Assembly (NCBI GenBank): GCA_039587755.1
Contig: JBDHBD010000021.1
Span: 8,027-72,026, forward strand
DNA length: 64,000 bases
Direction of reading: 5' to 3'
DNA from: Gemmatimonadota bacterium
Lineage (GTDB): Bacteria > Gemmatimonadota > Gemmatimonadetes > Palauibacterales > Palauibacteraceae
In this document: positions 17,919 through 27,860 of the stretch, one piece after another
How the letters are laid out: each line of letters begins with the position of its first letter
Numbering within the stretch: position 1 is the first letter of the stretch
Program-made: the position numbers and the translations under genes
Notes under the pieces: generated by a model
The model's database searches: none
What the model saw: only the letters and a program-made list of their open reading frames with translations
What the model was told of the DNA's origin: nothing

Positions 17919-18878
17919 ATGGACTTTCTGGGAATGTGCTGGGACGCGGCCGAGAGAATCCGTGAGAGGGTGCGCGAGACCCCAGTCGAGCCGTCGCCCC
18001 TCCTCAGCGAGCGGACCGGCGCCCGAGTCCATCTCAAACTCGAGAACTACCAGCTCACGGGCTCCTTCAAGCTGCGGGGAGCGATGAACGCGATGTGGTC
18101 TCTCGATGAGCCGAGCCGGGCCCGCGGCGTGGTGGCCGCCTCGTCGGGGAATCACGGCGCGGCCGTCGCCTGCGCGGCGCGCTCGGCGGGTTGCCCCACC
18201 CGCGTCTTCGTACCCGAGGGCTCGGCCCCCTCGAAGCTGGAGGCGATTGGCGCGTACGGCGCGGAGATTCGCGTCGTGGGGGAGGATTGCCTGCTAGCGG
18301 AGCAGGCCGCGCGTCAACACGCGACGGAGCACGCGATGGCGTACCTGTCCCCGTACAACGACGAACGGGTGGTGGCCGGTCAGGGCACGATCGGGGTGGA
18401 GCTGGAGAGCCAGCTCCCGCGCATCGATGCCGTGTGCGCCTCAATGGGGGGTGGAGGACTCATCTCCGGGATCGGCGGCTATCTGAAGTCGCTGCGGCCC
18501 GAGACGGAAGTGCTGGCGTGCTCTCCTGCCAATTCCTGTGTGATGCATGCCTCGCTCGAGGCGGGGTGCATCCTGGAACTCCCGTCGGAGCCCACCCTGT
18601 CGGACGGAACGGCGGGCGGGGTCGAAGCGGACTCGATCACCTTCGAGCTGTGCCGTGAGATCATCGACCAGTCCCTCCTCGTCTCGGAGGAGGAGATCGC
18701 AGCCGCCATGCGGTTGGTGCTGCATCACCATCACATGCTCGTCGAGGGGGCGGCCGGGGTGGCAGTGGCCGGTTTCCTCAAGGCATCTGGCGAAGCGGAT
18801 CGGTGGCGCGACCGCGACGTGGTGATTGTGCTGTGCGGAGCCAACGTCGATCCCGACGTGCTGAAGGGGATTCTCTAA
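17919..18878 (+). CDS. PLP-dependent threonine/serine dehydratase (fold-type II)
   Basis: PLP-lysine motif …TGSFKLRGA… and a glycine-rich loop SSGNHG. Start uncertain: 17775, 17853 and 17919 are all in frame. Confidence 0.7.
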   Translation: MDFLGMCWDAAERIRERVRETPVEPSPLLSERTGARVHLKLENYQLTGSFKLRGAMNAMWSLDEPSRARGVVAASSGNHGAAVACAARSAGCPTRVFVPEGSAPSKLEAIGAYGAEIRVVGEDCLLAEQAARQHATEHAMAYLSPYNDERVVAGQGTIGVELESQLPRIDAVCASMGGGGLISGIGGYLKSLRPETEVLACSPANSCVMHASLEAGCILELPSEPTLSDGTAGGVEADSITFELCREIIDQSLLVSEEEIAAAMRLVLHHHHMLVEGAAGVAVAGFLKASGEADRWRDRDVVIVLCGANVDPDVLKGIL

Positions 18879-18892
18879 GGCTGCGACGACGC

Positions 18893-21800
18893 CTACACGG
18901 GCACGAGTTCGGGTCGCGGCTCGCCCCCTCGCGGTTCGTCTCCTCGCGGCTCATCACCCCGCGGCTTCCCGGCCGGCGGCTCCCCCGGGAGTGCCTCGCC
19001 GGCCTCGCCTCCCGTCTCACCCGCTCCCACGCTCTCACCGAGCTCCTTGGGCTGGCGGCTGAAGTGACGCAGAAGGAAGGCCTCCAGATCGTCCAGTAGC
19101 GAGTGCATGACCGGCAGCAACACCAGCGTGAGGAAGGTCGCGAAGGCGAGGCCCGAGATGACCGCGATCGCCATCGGGCCCCACCAGGCCGCCTGCATCC
19201 CACCCCAGTAGAAATCGGGGTTCAGCCGCGTGTAGAAGCCGTTGAAATCGAAATTGAGCCCAATCGCCAGGGGCACGAGCCCCATGATCGTGGTGATCGC
19301 GGTGAGCGTGACCGGCCGATAACGGGTCAGGCCTCCACGCACCAGCGACTCGCGGGCCTCGATGCCATCGCGTTCCCTCAGCACGTGGATATAGTCCACA
19401 AGCACGATGGCGTTGTTGACCACCACGCCGGCCAGGCTGATCACCCCTACCCCACTCATGATCACCCCGAAAGGCATGCGGAACAGCAGCAACCCGAGCA
19501 AGACACCGATCGTCGAGAGGAGCACCGTGCTCAGGATGAGCACGGGCTTGAGCACAGAATCGAACTGGGAGACGAGGATGAAGCCGATCAGGAAGACGGC
19601 CATCAGGAACGCGCCGAACAGGAAGTCCTGCGACTCCTGCTGCTCCTCCTGTTCGCCCGTGTACTCCATCCGGTAGCCGGCCGGAAGCATTTCGGCGAAG
19701 CCGGCCAGCACCTGCTTTACCTCGGCAAGCACCGCGTTCGCGTTGTAGGACGCGCGCACATCCGACGAGACGGTGGCCATCCGCTTCAGGTCCTTGCGGT
19801 TCACACCGCTGAACCCCTCGTCGACCCTCCAGGTCGCCACCGAGGAAAGGGGCACCTGGTTCTCGAACTCGTTCGTGACCGTGAGATCCGCCAGCGCGCT
19901 CAGATCGCGCCGGTAGCGCTCAGCCAGCCGGACGACGATATCGTATTCCTCCTCGCCCTCCCTGTATTCCGACGCTTCCGTCCCGTTGATCGCGCTGCGC
20001 ACCGTGAAGCCGATGTCCATGGTGCTCAGGTCGAACAGAGCGGCCTTCTCACGATCGACCTCCACCCGCAGCTCGGGACGCGCATCGGCGAGATCGCTCT
20101 CCAGACCATCCAGCTTGACGGCCACCGGCGAGTTCGAGATCACGTCGATCGCCTCATCGGACAGCCTCTGAAGCGTCTCGGCGGCCTCACCCGAGATCTC
20201 GATGTTCACCGGTAGCCCGGTGGGCGGACCCATCGAGGGCTGCTGTACCGTGAACGTGGCCCCCGCCACGTCCCGACCGACTCGGGCTCGCATCCGCTCT
20301 ACGGTCGCGATCCCGTCGGACTCCCGGTCCTGGTAGTCCACGAAAGTGACCGCCACCGTCGCTAGATGGCTCCCGGACTGGCCCTCTCCGAACACTCCAG
20401 CGCTCGAGCCCGTGGTCGCCACGACGGATTCAAAGTCCTCGCGGCCCCCGATGATCCGCAGCTCTTCTTCGACCTCACGCACGATGCGGTCGGTGACATC
20501 GACCCGGGTCCCCGTCGGGGTCTCGATCTGGACCCATACCGTCTCGGGTGGTACGTCCTCGGGGAAGAACTCGATTCCGGCGTTGAGGGCGCCGAACGCC
20601 GCCAGAGAGAATACGAGCAGGGCCGCCACTCCGCCCATCACTCGCCCACGGTGCTGGATGCACCAGCGGAGGGACCGCTCGTACAGCCGCAGCGTCGCGG
20701 GAAGGCTCGTGTGTTGGAACCAGTGCGCGATCGGCACGAGCACCTGCCGGTGCAGATAGAACAACCCGACGCCGGTGAGCGTCAGGAGAACGGCGGCCAC
20801 AGGCTCCCGCACCAGTAAGACCAGGAACAGCACGCCGGCCACGCCCCCCAGAGCCATCTTGGTCTCACGCGTGAAGACCATGCGCGGCTCGCCCTCGGTG
20901 CGCATGAACAGAGACGTGAGGGTCGGGTTGATGACCAGCGCCACGAACAGTGAGGAGCTGAGTGTGATGATGAGCGTCTTGGGCAGGTAGGCCATAAACT
21001 CGCCCGTGATCCCCGGCCACAGCAGCATGGGCGCGAAGGCGGCCAGCGTGGTGGCCGTCGCGGCGATCACGGGGGGCGCGACCTCGGCCGTTGCGAGCTT
21101 GGACGCCTCTTTCGCGCCAAAGCCCTCCTCGCGGAAGCGGAAGATGTTCTCGACGATCACGATAGCGTTGTCGACCAGCATCCCCAGCGCGAGGATCAGC
21201 GAGAACAGCACAACCATGTTCATCGTCATCCCGAACAGCTGGATGACGGCGAACGAGATCAGCATCGAGAGTGGAATCGCCACCCCCACGAACGAGGCGT
21301 TCGTGACCCCGAGCGCGAACAGGAGGACGGCCACCACCAGGATAAGGCCCGAGATGATGTTGTTCTCGAGGCTCCCCACCATCTGGCGGACGTACTCGGC
21401 CTGGTCGGATGTGATCTCGACGACAGTGGTGGGCGGAAAGATCGGCTGCATCTCTTCGATCACAGCCTTTACGCCGTCGGACGTCTCGATGATGTTCTCC
21501 CCCGTGCGCTTGCTCACGCTGAGGGTGACCACGGCGTTTCCGTTCAGGCGGGCGTAACTCTCGCGGTCCTTGAACCCGAAGTCGACCGTCGCCACGTCGC
21601 GCACGTAGACTGGTCGACCGCCGCGGACGGCAACCACGATGTCCTCGATCGGGCGGGTCTGCTCGAACTCGCCGGGGACGCGGACCAGGTACTTCACATC
21701 GCCGACGTCGATCGTGCCGCCGGGCACGGTGATGTTCTCCTCCGCGATCGCATCGATCACGTCGTCGAACGACACGTCGTAGAACTTGAGCCGCGCCAAG

Positions 21801-22426
21801 TCGACATCGACCTGCACTTCGCGCTCCAGACCACCCGAGAGCGTCACCTCCAGCACGCTCGGGATCTGCTCGATCTCGTCCTGGACGTCTTCGGCGAGCT
21901 GCTTCAGCCGCACGAGGCTGTACTCGCCGGACACGTTCACTTGCAGGATCGGGAACTCGGACAGGTTGAACTCAACCACGGCCGGCTCTTCCGCGGCCTC
22001 CGGGAGCTCCGGTTTCGCAATGTCCACCTTCTCGCGAACCAGCTGGAGCGCCTCCGTCATATCCATCCCGGCTTCGAATTCGACGGAGATTCTCGAGAAC
22101 CCCTCCATGGAGCTGGAGAGGATCTCCTTCACGTCGGCGATCCGGTTGAGCTCCTCCTCGATCGGCCGCGTGATGAGGGTCTCGATGTCCTCGGGGGCGA
22201 CACCCGAATACGCGGTGTTCACGGCTATGAACGGGACGGTGATGTCCGGCGAGGCCTCCTTGGGCACCTGGAGGTAGGAGATCAGCCCCCAGATGATGAC
22301 GATCGTCGTCATCACCAGGACGCTCGTCGGGTGGTCTACCGCGAAGGAGGTGAGCCAGAACTGGCGGTACTGCTTGCCCTCGGGATGCTTCTCGCCGCGT
22401 CCGTCGGAACCGCCGGGCTCGGTCAC
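18893..22426 (-). CDS. RND (AcrB/HAE1-type) efflux transporter permease with low-complexity C-terminal tail
   Basis: 1177 aa with 12 predicted TM helices and two large periplasmic loops, typical AcrB/CzcA architecture. The C-terminal ~60 aa are a Gly/Glu/Pro tail containing (PRGDE)n repeats. Confidence 0.9.
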   Translation of the reverse strand: MTEPGGSDGRGEKHPEGKQYRQFWLTSFAVDHPTSVLVMTTIVIIWGLISYLQVPKEASPDITVPFIAVNTAYSGVAPEDIETLITRPIEEELNRIADVKEILSSSMEGFSRISVEFEAGMDMTEALQLVREKVDIAKPELPEAAEEPAVVEFNLSEFPILQVNVSGEYSLVRLKQLAEDVQDEIEQIPSVLEVTLSGGLEREVQVDVDLARLKFYDVSFDDVIDAIAEENITVPGGTIDVGDVKYLVRVPGEFEQTRPIEDIVVAVRGGRPVYVRDVATVDFGFKDRESYARLNGNAVVTLSVSKRTGENIIETSDGVKAVIEEMQPIFPPTTVVEITSDQAEYVRQMVGSLENNIISGLILVVAVLLFALGVTNASFVGVAIPLSMLISFAVIQLFGMTMNMVVLFSLILALGMLVDNAIVIVENIFRFREEGFGAKEASKLATAEVAPPVIAATATTLAAFAPMLLWPGITGEFMAYLPKTLIITLSSSLFVALVINPTLTSLFMRTEGEPRMVFTRETKMALGGVAGVLFLVLLVREPVAAVLLTLTGVGLFYLHRQVLVPIAHWFQHTSLPATLRLYERSLRWCIQHRGRVMGGVAALLVFSLAAFGALNAGIEFFPEDVPPETVWVQIETPTGTRVDVTDRIVREVEEELRIIGGREDFESVVATTGSSAGVFGEGQSGSHLATVAVTFVDYQDRESDGIATVERMRARVGRDVAGATFTVQQPSMGPPTGLPVNIEISGEAAETLQRLSDEAIDVISNSPVAVKLDGLESDLADARPELRVEVDREKAALFDLSTMDIGFTVRSAINGTEASEYREGEEEYDIVVRLAERYRRDLSALADLTVTNEFENQVPLSSVATWRVDEGFSGVNRKDLKRMATVSSDVRASYNANAVLAEVKQVLAGFAEMLPAGYRMEYTGEQEEQQESQDFLFGAFLMAVFLIGFILVSQFDSVLKPVLILSTVLLSTIGVLLGLLLFRMPFGVIMSGVGVISLAGVVVNNAIVLVDYIHVLRERDGIEARESLVRGGLTRYRPVTLTAITTIMGLVPLAIGLNFDFNGFYTRLNPDFYWGGMQAAWWGPMAIAVISGLAFATFLTLVLLPVMHSLLDDLEAFLLRHFSRQPKELGESVGAGETGGEAGEALPGEPPAGKPRGDEPRGDEPRGGEPRPELVPV

Positions 22427-23643
22427 GACGCGTCTCCCGGATCGGTTTCCCCGGCCTCGGCGGACCCGACGATCCGCAGCCGGTTCCCCGGGTCCACCAT
22501 CTGATGCCCGACGACGATCAGCTCATCGCCCGGCTCAAGGCCCTGCTCGATCACCACCTCGTCCTCGAAGGAAGGCCCGAGCCGGACGGTGCGCGACTCC
22601 GCAACCAGCCCGCCGTCGCGCTCCACCGCGACGAACACCTCGTAACCGAACTCGGTGCGCAGCACTACGTCCTGCGGCACGACGATCACGTTTTCCAGTC
22701 GCTGGGTGGCCACCTCGACGTTGGCCACCATCTGCGGCTTGACCACGCGTTCAGGGTTCGCAAGCACGATCTCGATCGGAAAGGTGCGGCTGGATACCTC
22801 AACGGCGGCGCCCACGTAGCCGATCCGGCCCTCAAAGGCCCGGCTTGCCAGCACGTCCAGGGTCACGCGGGCCTGGCCCCCGCTCTTCACGAAGGGTCCG
22901 AAGCGCTCTGGCACGCCACCCACCACTTTGAGACGATCGACCTCGATGACGCGGGCAACCGGGGTCCCCGGCACCACCATCTCGCCGGCGTCCACGAACC
23001 GCTGATCAAAGATACCGGAGATCGGCGCCCGCAGGACGGTGCGAGCGAGGCGGGCGTCCAGATTCTGGAGACGGGCCGTCGCAGCCTCCGAATCGTACTT
23101 GGCCTCCAAGAAAGCGATCTCCGACCCGATCTCCTCGTCCTCCCACAGCTGGCGCTGGCGCTCGAAACGCTCGGCGGCCAGGTCGGCCAGCGCCCGGGCT
23201 TCCTTCACCTGTGCCGCCAGCACGCGATCGTCGATCTTGGCGATCGGCTGGCCGGCCCGTACCCCACTGCCCTTGGGCACGTAGAAACGCTCGATCGCGC
23301 CGCTCTCCTCGGCGCTCACCACAACGTCGTTGAACGCCTCCACCGCGCCGGTAATGCTCACGAAAGTCGTGAAGTCCGTCGTCTCTACCGTGCGTGTCTC
23401 CACGTTCACGACCTGCACGAACTCGTTGGAGCGGTTGGGTGCGGGGTTCGAGCGGGCGTCGGGGTCGGAATTGCCCGCTTCGCTCCCCTCTCCGGCGGAG
23501 GGATTGCACGCAGCCGCTGCCAATCCCGCACTGAGGGCGGCCGCCATTGCGAGCACAGCTACGAAGCTCCCGTGCGGCGAGCGGCCAGCGCGAGGCCTTT
23601 GGATGTCGGACCCGTGGGTCCGCAGCTGTCTTCTATAGTTCAC
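22423..23643 (-). CDS. RND efflux periplasmic adaptor (membrane fusion protein, HlyD family), lipoprotein
   Basis: Lipobox LAAAAC, coiled-coil and beta-barrel MFP pattern; its stop overlaps the RND start by 4 nt. Confidence 0.85.
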   Translation of the reverse strand: MNYRRQLRTHGSDIQRPRAGRSPHGSFVAVLAMAAALSAGLAAAACNPSAGEGSEAGNSDPDARSNPAPNRSNEFVQVVNVETRTVETTDFTTFVSITGAVEAFNDVVVSAEESGAIERFYVPKGSGVRAGQPIAKIDDRVLAAQVKEARALADLAAERFERQRQLWEDEEIGSEIAFLEAKYDSEAATARLQNLDARLARTVLRAPISGIFDQRFVDAGEMVVPGTPVARVIEVDRLKVVGGVPERFGPFVKSGGQARVTLDVLASRAFEGRIGYVGAAVEVSSRTFPIEIVLANPERVVKPQMVANVEVATQRLENVIVVPQDVVLRTEFGYEVFVAVERDGGLVAESRTVRLGPSFEDEVVIEQGLEPGDELIVVGHQMVDPGNRLRIVGSAEAGETDPGDAS

Positions 23644-23654
23644 GGTTCACCCGT

Positions 23655-23717
23655 CTATACGTTCGCTATACGTCCGCTGTGCGTTTGTAATCCCCTGTGC
23701 GTTCGTAGATACGTTCA
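23655..23717. repeat. five tandem copies of an ~11-bp direct repeat TRTRCGTYYG in the tolC-MFP spacer
   Basis: tatacgttcgc / tatacgtccgc / tgtgcgtttgt / tgtgcgttcgt / agatacgttcac, read directly in the 78-bp intercistronic gap. Confidence 0.45.
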
Positions 23718-23721
23718 CGTA

Positions 23722-25197
23722 TCATTCGTCGCCTTCGATCGACTCGGCCGGCAGCGGCAGCTCGGCCACCGGCGGATCGACCATCGGCACCACGCCGATC
23801 GCCAGATCCAGTGCGGCCTGGGCGTTCAAGAAATCGTATACTGCCTGGGCGTAGTTCAGCTCCGACTGACGGACCGCTAGCTCGGCGTCGGTCACCTCCA
23901 GCCGCGAGCTTGTCCCCGCAAGATACTGCGCGGTGACGATCTCGAACCCACGCTGCGCCTCCGCCACCGCCTGGCGCTGCGTTTCCGCCCGCGCGCGTGC
24001 CTCGCGCAGATCTTCTGTCGCGGTCCGAATCGCAGCTCGCAGCCTCTGCTCTAAATCCATCAGACGGGTGTCCGCCTTGCGCAGGTCCGTCTGTCGCTGG
24101 TCGATGCGGTTCAGGCGACTGAAGCCCGAGAACAACGGGACTTCGACTTGTACGCCGACCGCGGTCGCTGTGGTCCGCTGGGTGGAGTTCTCGCCGAAGA
24201 AATTGAGCGACCCGTTCTCTTGCGCGATGAGGCTGAAGTTGAAGAAGGCGGAGACCCGCGGCATGAGCTCGGCGCGCTCAAGCTTCACCCGGGCGGATTC
24301 CACATCGCGCTGCAACTGCGCCTGCCTCACATCGGAGCGACGGCGCAGACCGATCTCCAGCAGACGCTCGAAGGTCGCCGTTTCAGCTTCCGAATACCCG
24401 ACGAACTCCAGCAAATCCAAGTTCTCGGCCCCGTTATCTCCCCCCAGGTCCACCGTGTAGAGCTGACCCCGCGCTCCCACCCGCCGGACTTCGTCCATCC
24501 CCATCTCAAGGCTCAGTTCGCGCTCGGTTTCCGCGATGTCGTTCGCGTTTCGCCGCAGGTTGGGCTGCAAGTTGGCGAGCTGCACCTCCAGGCGGAGCAC
24601 GTCGTAGGCGCCCGCCAACCCGGCCCGGTTCAGCGCACGGGTCTCCTCCAGCGTCTGCTCGACCCGGCGGATGCTGTTCTCGGTCACCCGCAGCTGCTCG
24701 CGCGCCAGCAACACATCGTAGTAGGCGCGCCGGATCGCCGTCACGGCGGTCTGCGCCTGGCCGCGGACGACCTCGGACTGGAGCGTCTGGACGCGGCCCG
24801 CCGCTCCGACGCCGACGAACACGCGACCGTCGAACAGAGTCTGGGTCGCTTCGAGAGTCGCCGTCCACTGGTTGTCGGCCCCAAACCGAACCGGAATCAG
24901 GTCGTCGGGACCAGCCTCCGGATCGAAGATGATCGCCGGCAGGAACGCCTCGGGAACCGTCAGGTTCCGTTGAAGCGACAGAGTCCCGTCCACTTCGGGC
25001 CACAACCCGCCGTACGCCTCGCTCACCAGCTGCTCGGTCCGTTCCAGCTCGTACTCCTGGATACGGAGCTCCCGGTTCGCACGAAGCCCTGCGGCCACCG
25101 CCTCCTCGAGGGAATAGCTGCTCTCCTGGGCGGACAGACTCCCGGCCATTGCGCCGATCGCTACGAATCCCAACAGCGCCCATCGCATGTACGTCAC
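23722..25197 (-). CDS. TolC-family outer membrane efflux protein
   Basis: Signal peptide, two repeated halves and coiled-coil-rich OEP pattern; first gene of the RND tripartite operon. Confidence 0.8.
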   Translation of the reverse strand: MTYMRWALLGFVAIGAMAGSLSAQESSYSLEEAVAAGLRANRELRIQEYELERTEQLVSEAYGGLWPEVDGTLSLQRNLTVPEAFLPAIIFDPEAGPDDLIPVRFGADNQWTATLEATQTLFDGRVFVGVGAAGRVQTLQSEVVRGQAQTAVTAIRRAYYDVLLAREQLRVTENSIRRVEQTLEETRALNRAGLAGAYDVLRLEVQLANLQPNLRRNANDIAETERELSLEMGMDEVRRVGARGQLYTVDLGGDNGAENLDLLEFVGYSEAETATFERLLEIGLRRRSDVRQAQLQRDVESARVKLERAELMPRVSAFFNFSLIAQENGSLNFFGENSTQRTTATAVGVQVEVPLFSGFSRLNRIDQRQTDLRKADTRLMDLEQRLRAAIRTATEDLREARARAETQRQAVAEAQRGFEIVTAQYLAGTSSRLEVTDAELAVRQSELNYAQAVYDFLNAQAALDLAIGVVPMVDPPVAELPLPAESIEGDE

Positions 25198-25483
25198 CTC
25201 AACGCCTCCCGGTTCGGTCGTCCTCCTGTAATTCCGTACGGGGGATACCCGTTAGCGTGTCAGTATCGCTTGCGTTGGGAAAAAGGAAAGAGGCCGGCAG
25301 CAGAAGACAGCGAGGAGGCTCTCGATGTCGGCTCGGGGTCCCGGCCTACCGACCCAATGACAGGCAGCAGATGTCGGCGGTCACAGGATGACGGGCGTCG
25401 GCAGGAAGCTGTCGGGCGGGATGGTCACCTACTGATCGAGGTCGGGCCTCAGCCGGCACGTCTCAATTCGAGGCCCAAGATGC

Positions 25484-26674
25484 TCAGAACGACTGCGACC
25501 AGGCGCGGGGTTTGATTTCGCTGAAGCCGGTCAGGGGTGCTTGCGCTGCGAGCGCCTCGTCCTGCCATACGGAGCCGGAGGAACCGACATTCAGGTTCCT
25601 GGCGGTGATTCCTCCGTAGACGGTGGCGCCACCCTCGACTACGAGGTCATCGTTCGGGGCGTAGATAACGGCGTGAACGTGGGTTGCGGCCTTCGCGATC
25701 ATCCAGGTGTCGGTGGCACCGCCGCAGCCGTAGATGATCGCGTCGCCGGCATAACCACTCCCGTGATCCCAGTTGAACTTGGAAGAGCTCCGGATCGTGA
25801 GCGGGCCGCTCACGTAGATCTCGACCTGGTCACCGGGGGCAACGGAGATCGATTTGGAATTGATAAACACGTCGCTGAACAGGTAGGTGCCGCCCGGCAG
25901 AGTCATATCGGACCCCGGGATGAACGAGGTGTACGAGCCGGGAGGACAGGGCTCGGGGTCGTACGTCAGGGGGGGTGCGCTGGAGGTCACTGTGCCCGTC
26001 ACGGTTCCGTTGACAGTCACCGTACCCGCCGCCGTCGCATCGCCCCAGATCTGCGAGTTCTTGTTCGCGACGTCGATGTTGCCGTTGGAGTACACCTGGG
26101 CGTTTTTATAGGTATTCGCCGGGTGGAACGGCCCCTCCCTCGAATCGTAGCTGCCGATCTTCATATTGCCGCTTGCCAGCAGGTAGTTCTTCGCGTGGAA
26201 TCCGGGCTTGGGGAGTGATGTTCCACCCTCCCCGAACACCAAGCGTAGCTCCGCCCGGCCACCGAACAGCCCTCCACCCGCGCCGACAGAGGTGGCGTAG
26301 TACAGCTCCTTCCCCGTCCCGCTGTCGACCCGCTGGATCGAGCCCCTGTAACGGGCGGTGCCCGACAGCATCGTCCAGCCCACAATCACGGAGTCCCCGG
26401 GCGCGAGCCCGTCGGTCAGGGAATCCGCTTGCGCCACCAGGGCCCGCAAGCCTGACTCGGCGGCGAAGAAGCTCTCGTTCCACTCGACCGCCGCCCGCGC
26501 ATCCCCACGCTGTACCTGCACGCTTCTCAGCGACGCGGCCGCCAGCGCGCCCAGGATCACGAAGGCCACGATCGCCCACACGAGGACGTAGCCGCCCTCG
26601 TCGGCCAGCACGACCCTCAGCCGCCTCGGACGTGTATGATCGTCTTCAGCGAATCGACTCGCGTGCTTCCCCAT
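25484..26674 (-). CDS. GspK/PilX-like minor pseudopilin
   Basis: N-terminal TM segment (VLVWAIVAFVILGALAAASL) followed by a large Gly/Thr-rich domain. Last gene of the H-I-J-K order. ATG 26674 with GGGAG RBS. Confidence 0.5.
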   Translation of the reverse strand: MGKHASRFAEDDHTRPRRLRVVLADEGGYVLVWAIVAFVILGALAAASLRSVQVQRGDARAAVEWNESFFAAESGLRALVAQADSLTDGLAPGDSVIVGWTMLSGTARYRGSIQRVDSGTGKELYYATSVGAGGGLFGGRAELRLVFGEGGTSLPKPGFHAKNYLLASGNMKIGSYDSREGPFHPANTYKNAQVYSNGNIDVANKNSQIWGDATAAGTVTVNGTVTGTVTSSAPPLTYDPEPCPPGSYTSFIPGSDMTLPGGTYLFSDVFINSKSISVAPGDQVEIYVSGPLTIRSSSKFNWDHGSGYAGDAIIYGCGGATDTWMIAKAATHVHAVIYAPNDDLVVEGGATVYGGITARNLNVGSSGSVWQDEALAAQAPLTGFSEIKPRAWSQSF

Positions 26675-27495
26675 GGATCTCCCCTCTCCCCACGCAGTCC
26701 GACACTGATGGCTCGCACATCGGCCGCCGTGGAGGTTGCGTTCCCGCCTTCGTCCAGATACTGAAGGCGGAGTCCGTCTTGGCCGGGCGACAGCAGTGGC
26801 CCTACCACCCGCTCCCAGCTCCCGGAGCCCGCCTGTCGCTGCAGGAACCACTCACCGCCGGACTGCCGCAGCGCGTAAGTCGTCCGCTCGAACGCGACCA
26901 CTGGCCCGCCGACGCGGATGCCGGTCGTGTCTCCGACCACCGTAACCTTGTGGGGCCCCGAGTACGTGGCACCCCATGCGCACTTGTACGAGCTGCCGGC
27001 CACCGTCGAGATCGACTGGATCGCCATCGTTCGCCAGGCGGACGCGTCGACCATGAACATGAGCAGGCTGTCGGAGCGGGCCGTGTTGAAGTCCCCTGCG
27101 GCGTTGGTGATCGTGTAGGTGGCCGGGTCGGCTCCGTCCGTGTTGCACTGTATCCCCGTTCCCACTACTCCCCGGAAGGCAATCGAGTCCTCCGTCATCG
27201 CGTACAGGTCACCGTCGGTGGGCGACAGCGGGCGCAGCTCGGAGGTCACCATCGTGGCCGCGGTCGTCAGGTTCTGTCGGACCCGGGCGTATTCCTTCTG
27301 ACGAAAGTGATCCCGCTGCTGCGTCATGATGACAGAGACGATGGCGCCGACCACGATTCCCGAAAAGGTGAGGTATATCACCATCTCGAGCAGCGTGAAT
27401 CCCGCCGTGTGGCTGCGCCGAGGCAGCTGGCGCCCCTGTCTCGCTATTTGCACCCGCATCGCCCGAGTCACCCTTCCCCGCTCGCGTCGCTTCAC
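26617..27495 (-). CDS. GspJ/PilW-like minor pseudopilin (prepilin-type N-terminal methylation domain)
   Basis: …AGFTLLEMVIYLTFSGIVVGAI… prepilin motif; GTG start overlaps the stop of the upstream gene. Confidence 0.55.
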   Translation of the reverse strand: MKRRERGRVTRAMRVQIARQGRQLPRRSHTAGFTLLEMVIYLTFSGIVVGAIVSVIMTQQRDHFRQKEYARVRQNLTTAATMVTSELRPLSPTDGDLYAMTEDSIAFRGVVGTGIQCNTDGADPATYTITNAAGDFNTARSDSLLMFMVDASAWRTMAIQSISTVAGSSYKCAWGATYSGPHKVTVVGDTTGIRVGGPVVAFERTTYALRQSGGEWFLQRQAGSGSWERVVGPLLSPGQDGLRLQYLDEGGNATSTAADVRAISVGLRGERGDPWGSTRVDSLKTIIHVRGG

Positions 27496-27860
27496 TCGGT
27501 GAGAAAAAGGAGCACGGTGTCCCTCTTGGCACCCAGCCCCGGACGCCGGGCCGTGATCACCACCTGCTTTGGGTTCGAGCCGCTCACCGTCCAGGTCATA
27601 GGAAAACCATACATGTAGCCTGACCCTGTCTTAACATTGCTGTAGCCCGCTGCCATCAGCTGCTCTGTCTGGGCCTGGACAGCGCCCCAGTACCTGGTTT
27701 CCCGGTTGGCCGACCCGAGCGAGCTCCTGGCCGCCGTTCCGGTCGTGAGAACAGCGAGCACCGCAGTACCGAACAGGAGCACGCCGACCATGACCTCGAC
27801 GGCCGACACCCCCGCCTGGCCGCGGCGAGCACGCCAGTTCTTTCTGCCCAACTTTTTCAT
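27492..27860 (-). CDS. GspI/PilV-like minor pseudopilin
   Basis: 122 aa with prepilin-like N-terminus (GVSAVEVMVGVLLFGTAVLAV); its start overlaps the stop of the upstream gene. Confidence 0.5.
   Translation of the reverse strand: MKKLGRKNWRARRGQAGVSAVEVMVGVLLFGTAVLAVLTTGTAARSSLGSANRETRYWGAVQAQTEQLMAAGYSNVKTGSGYMYGFPMTWTVSGSNPKQVVITARRPGLGAKRDTVLLFLTE

Noticed and set aside
19103-20215. 370-aa + ORF and other + ORFs (21006..21557, 21941..22504) within the RND gene
   Set aside because: Shadow ORFs of the RND permease; His/Arg/Asp-rich with no domain features.
22504-23880. 458-aa + ORF, and 24148..25515 455-aa + ORF
   Set aside because: Antisense of the membrane-fusion and TolC genes.
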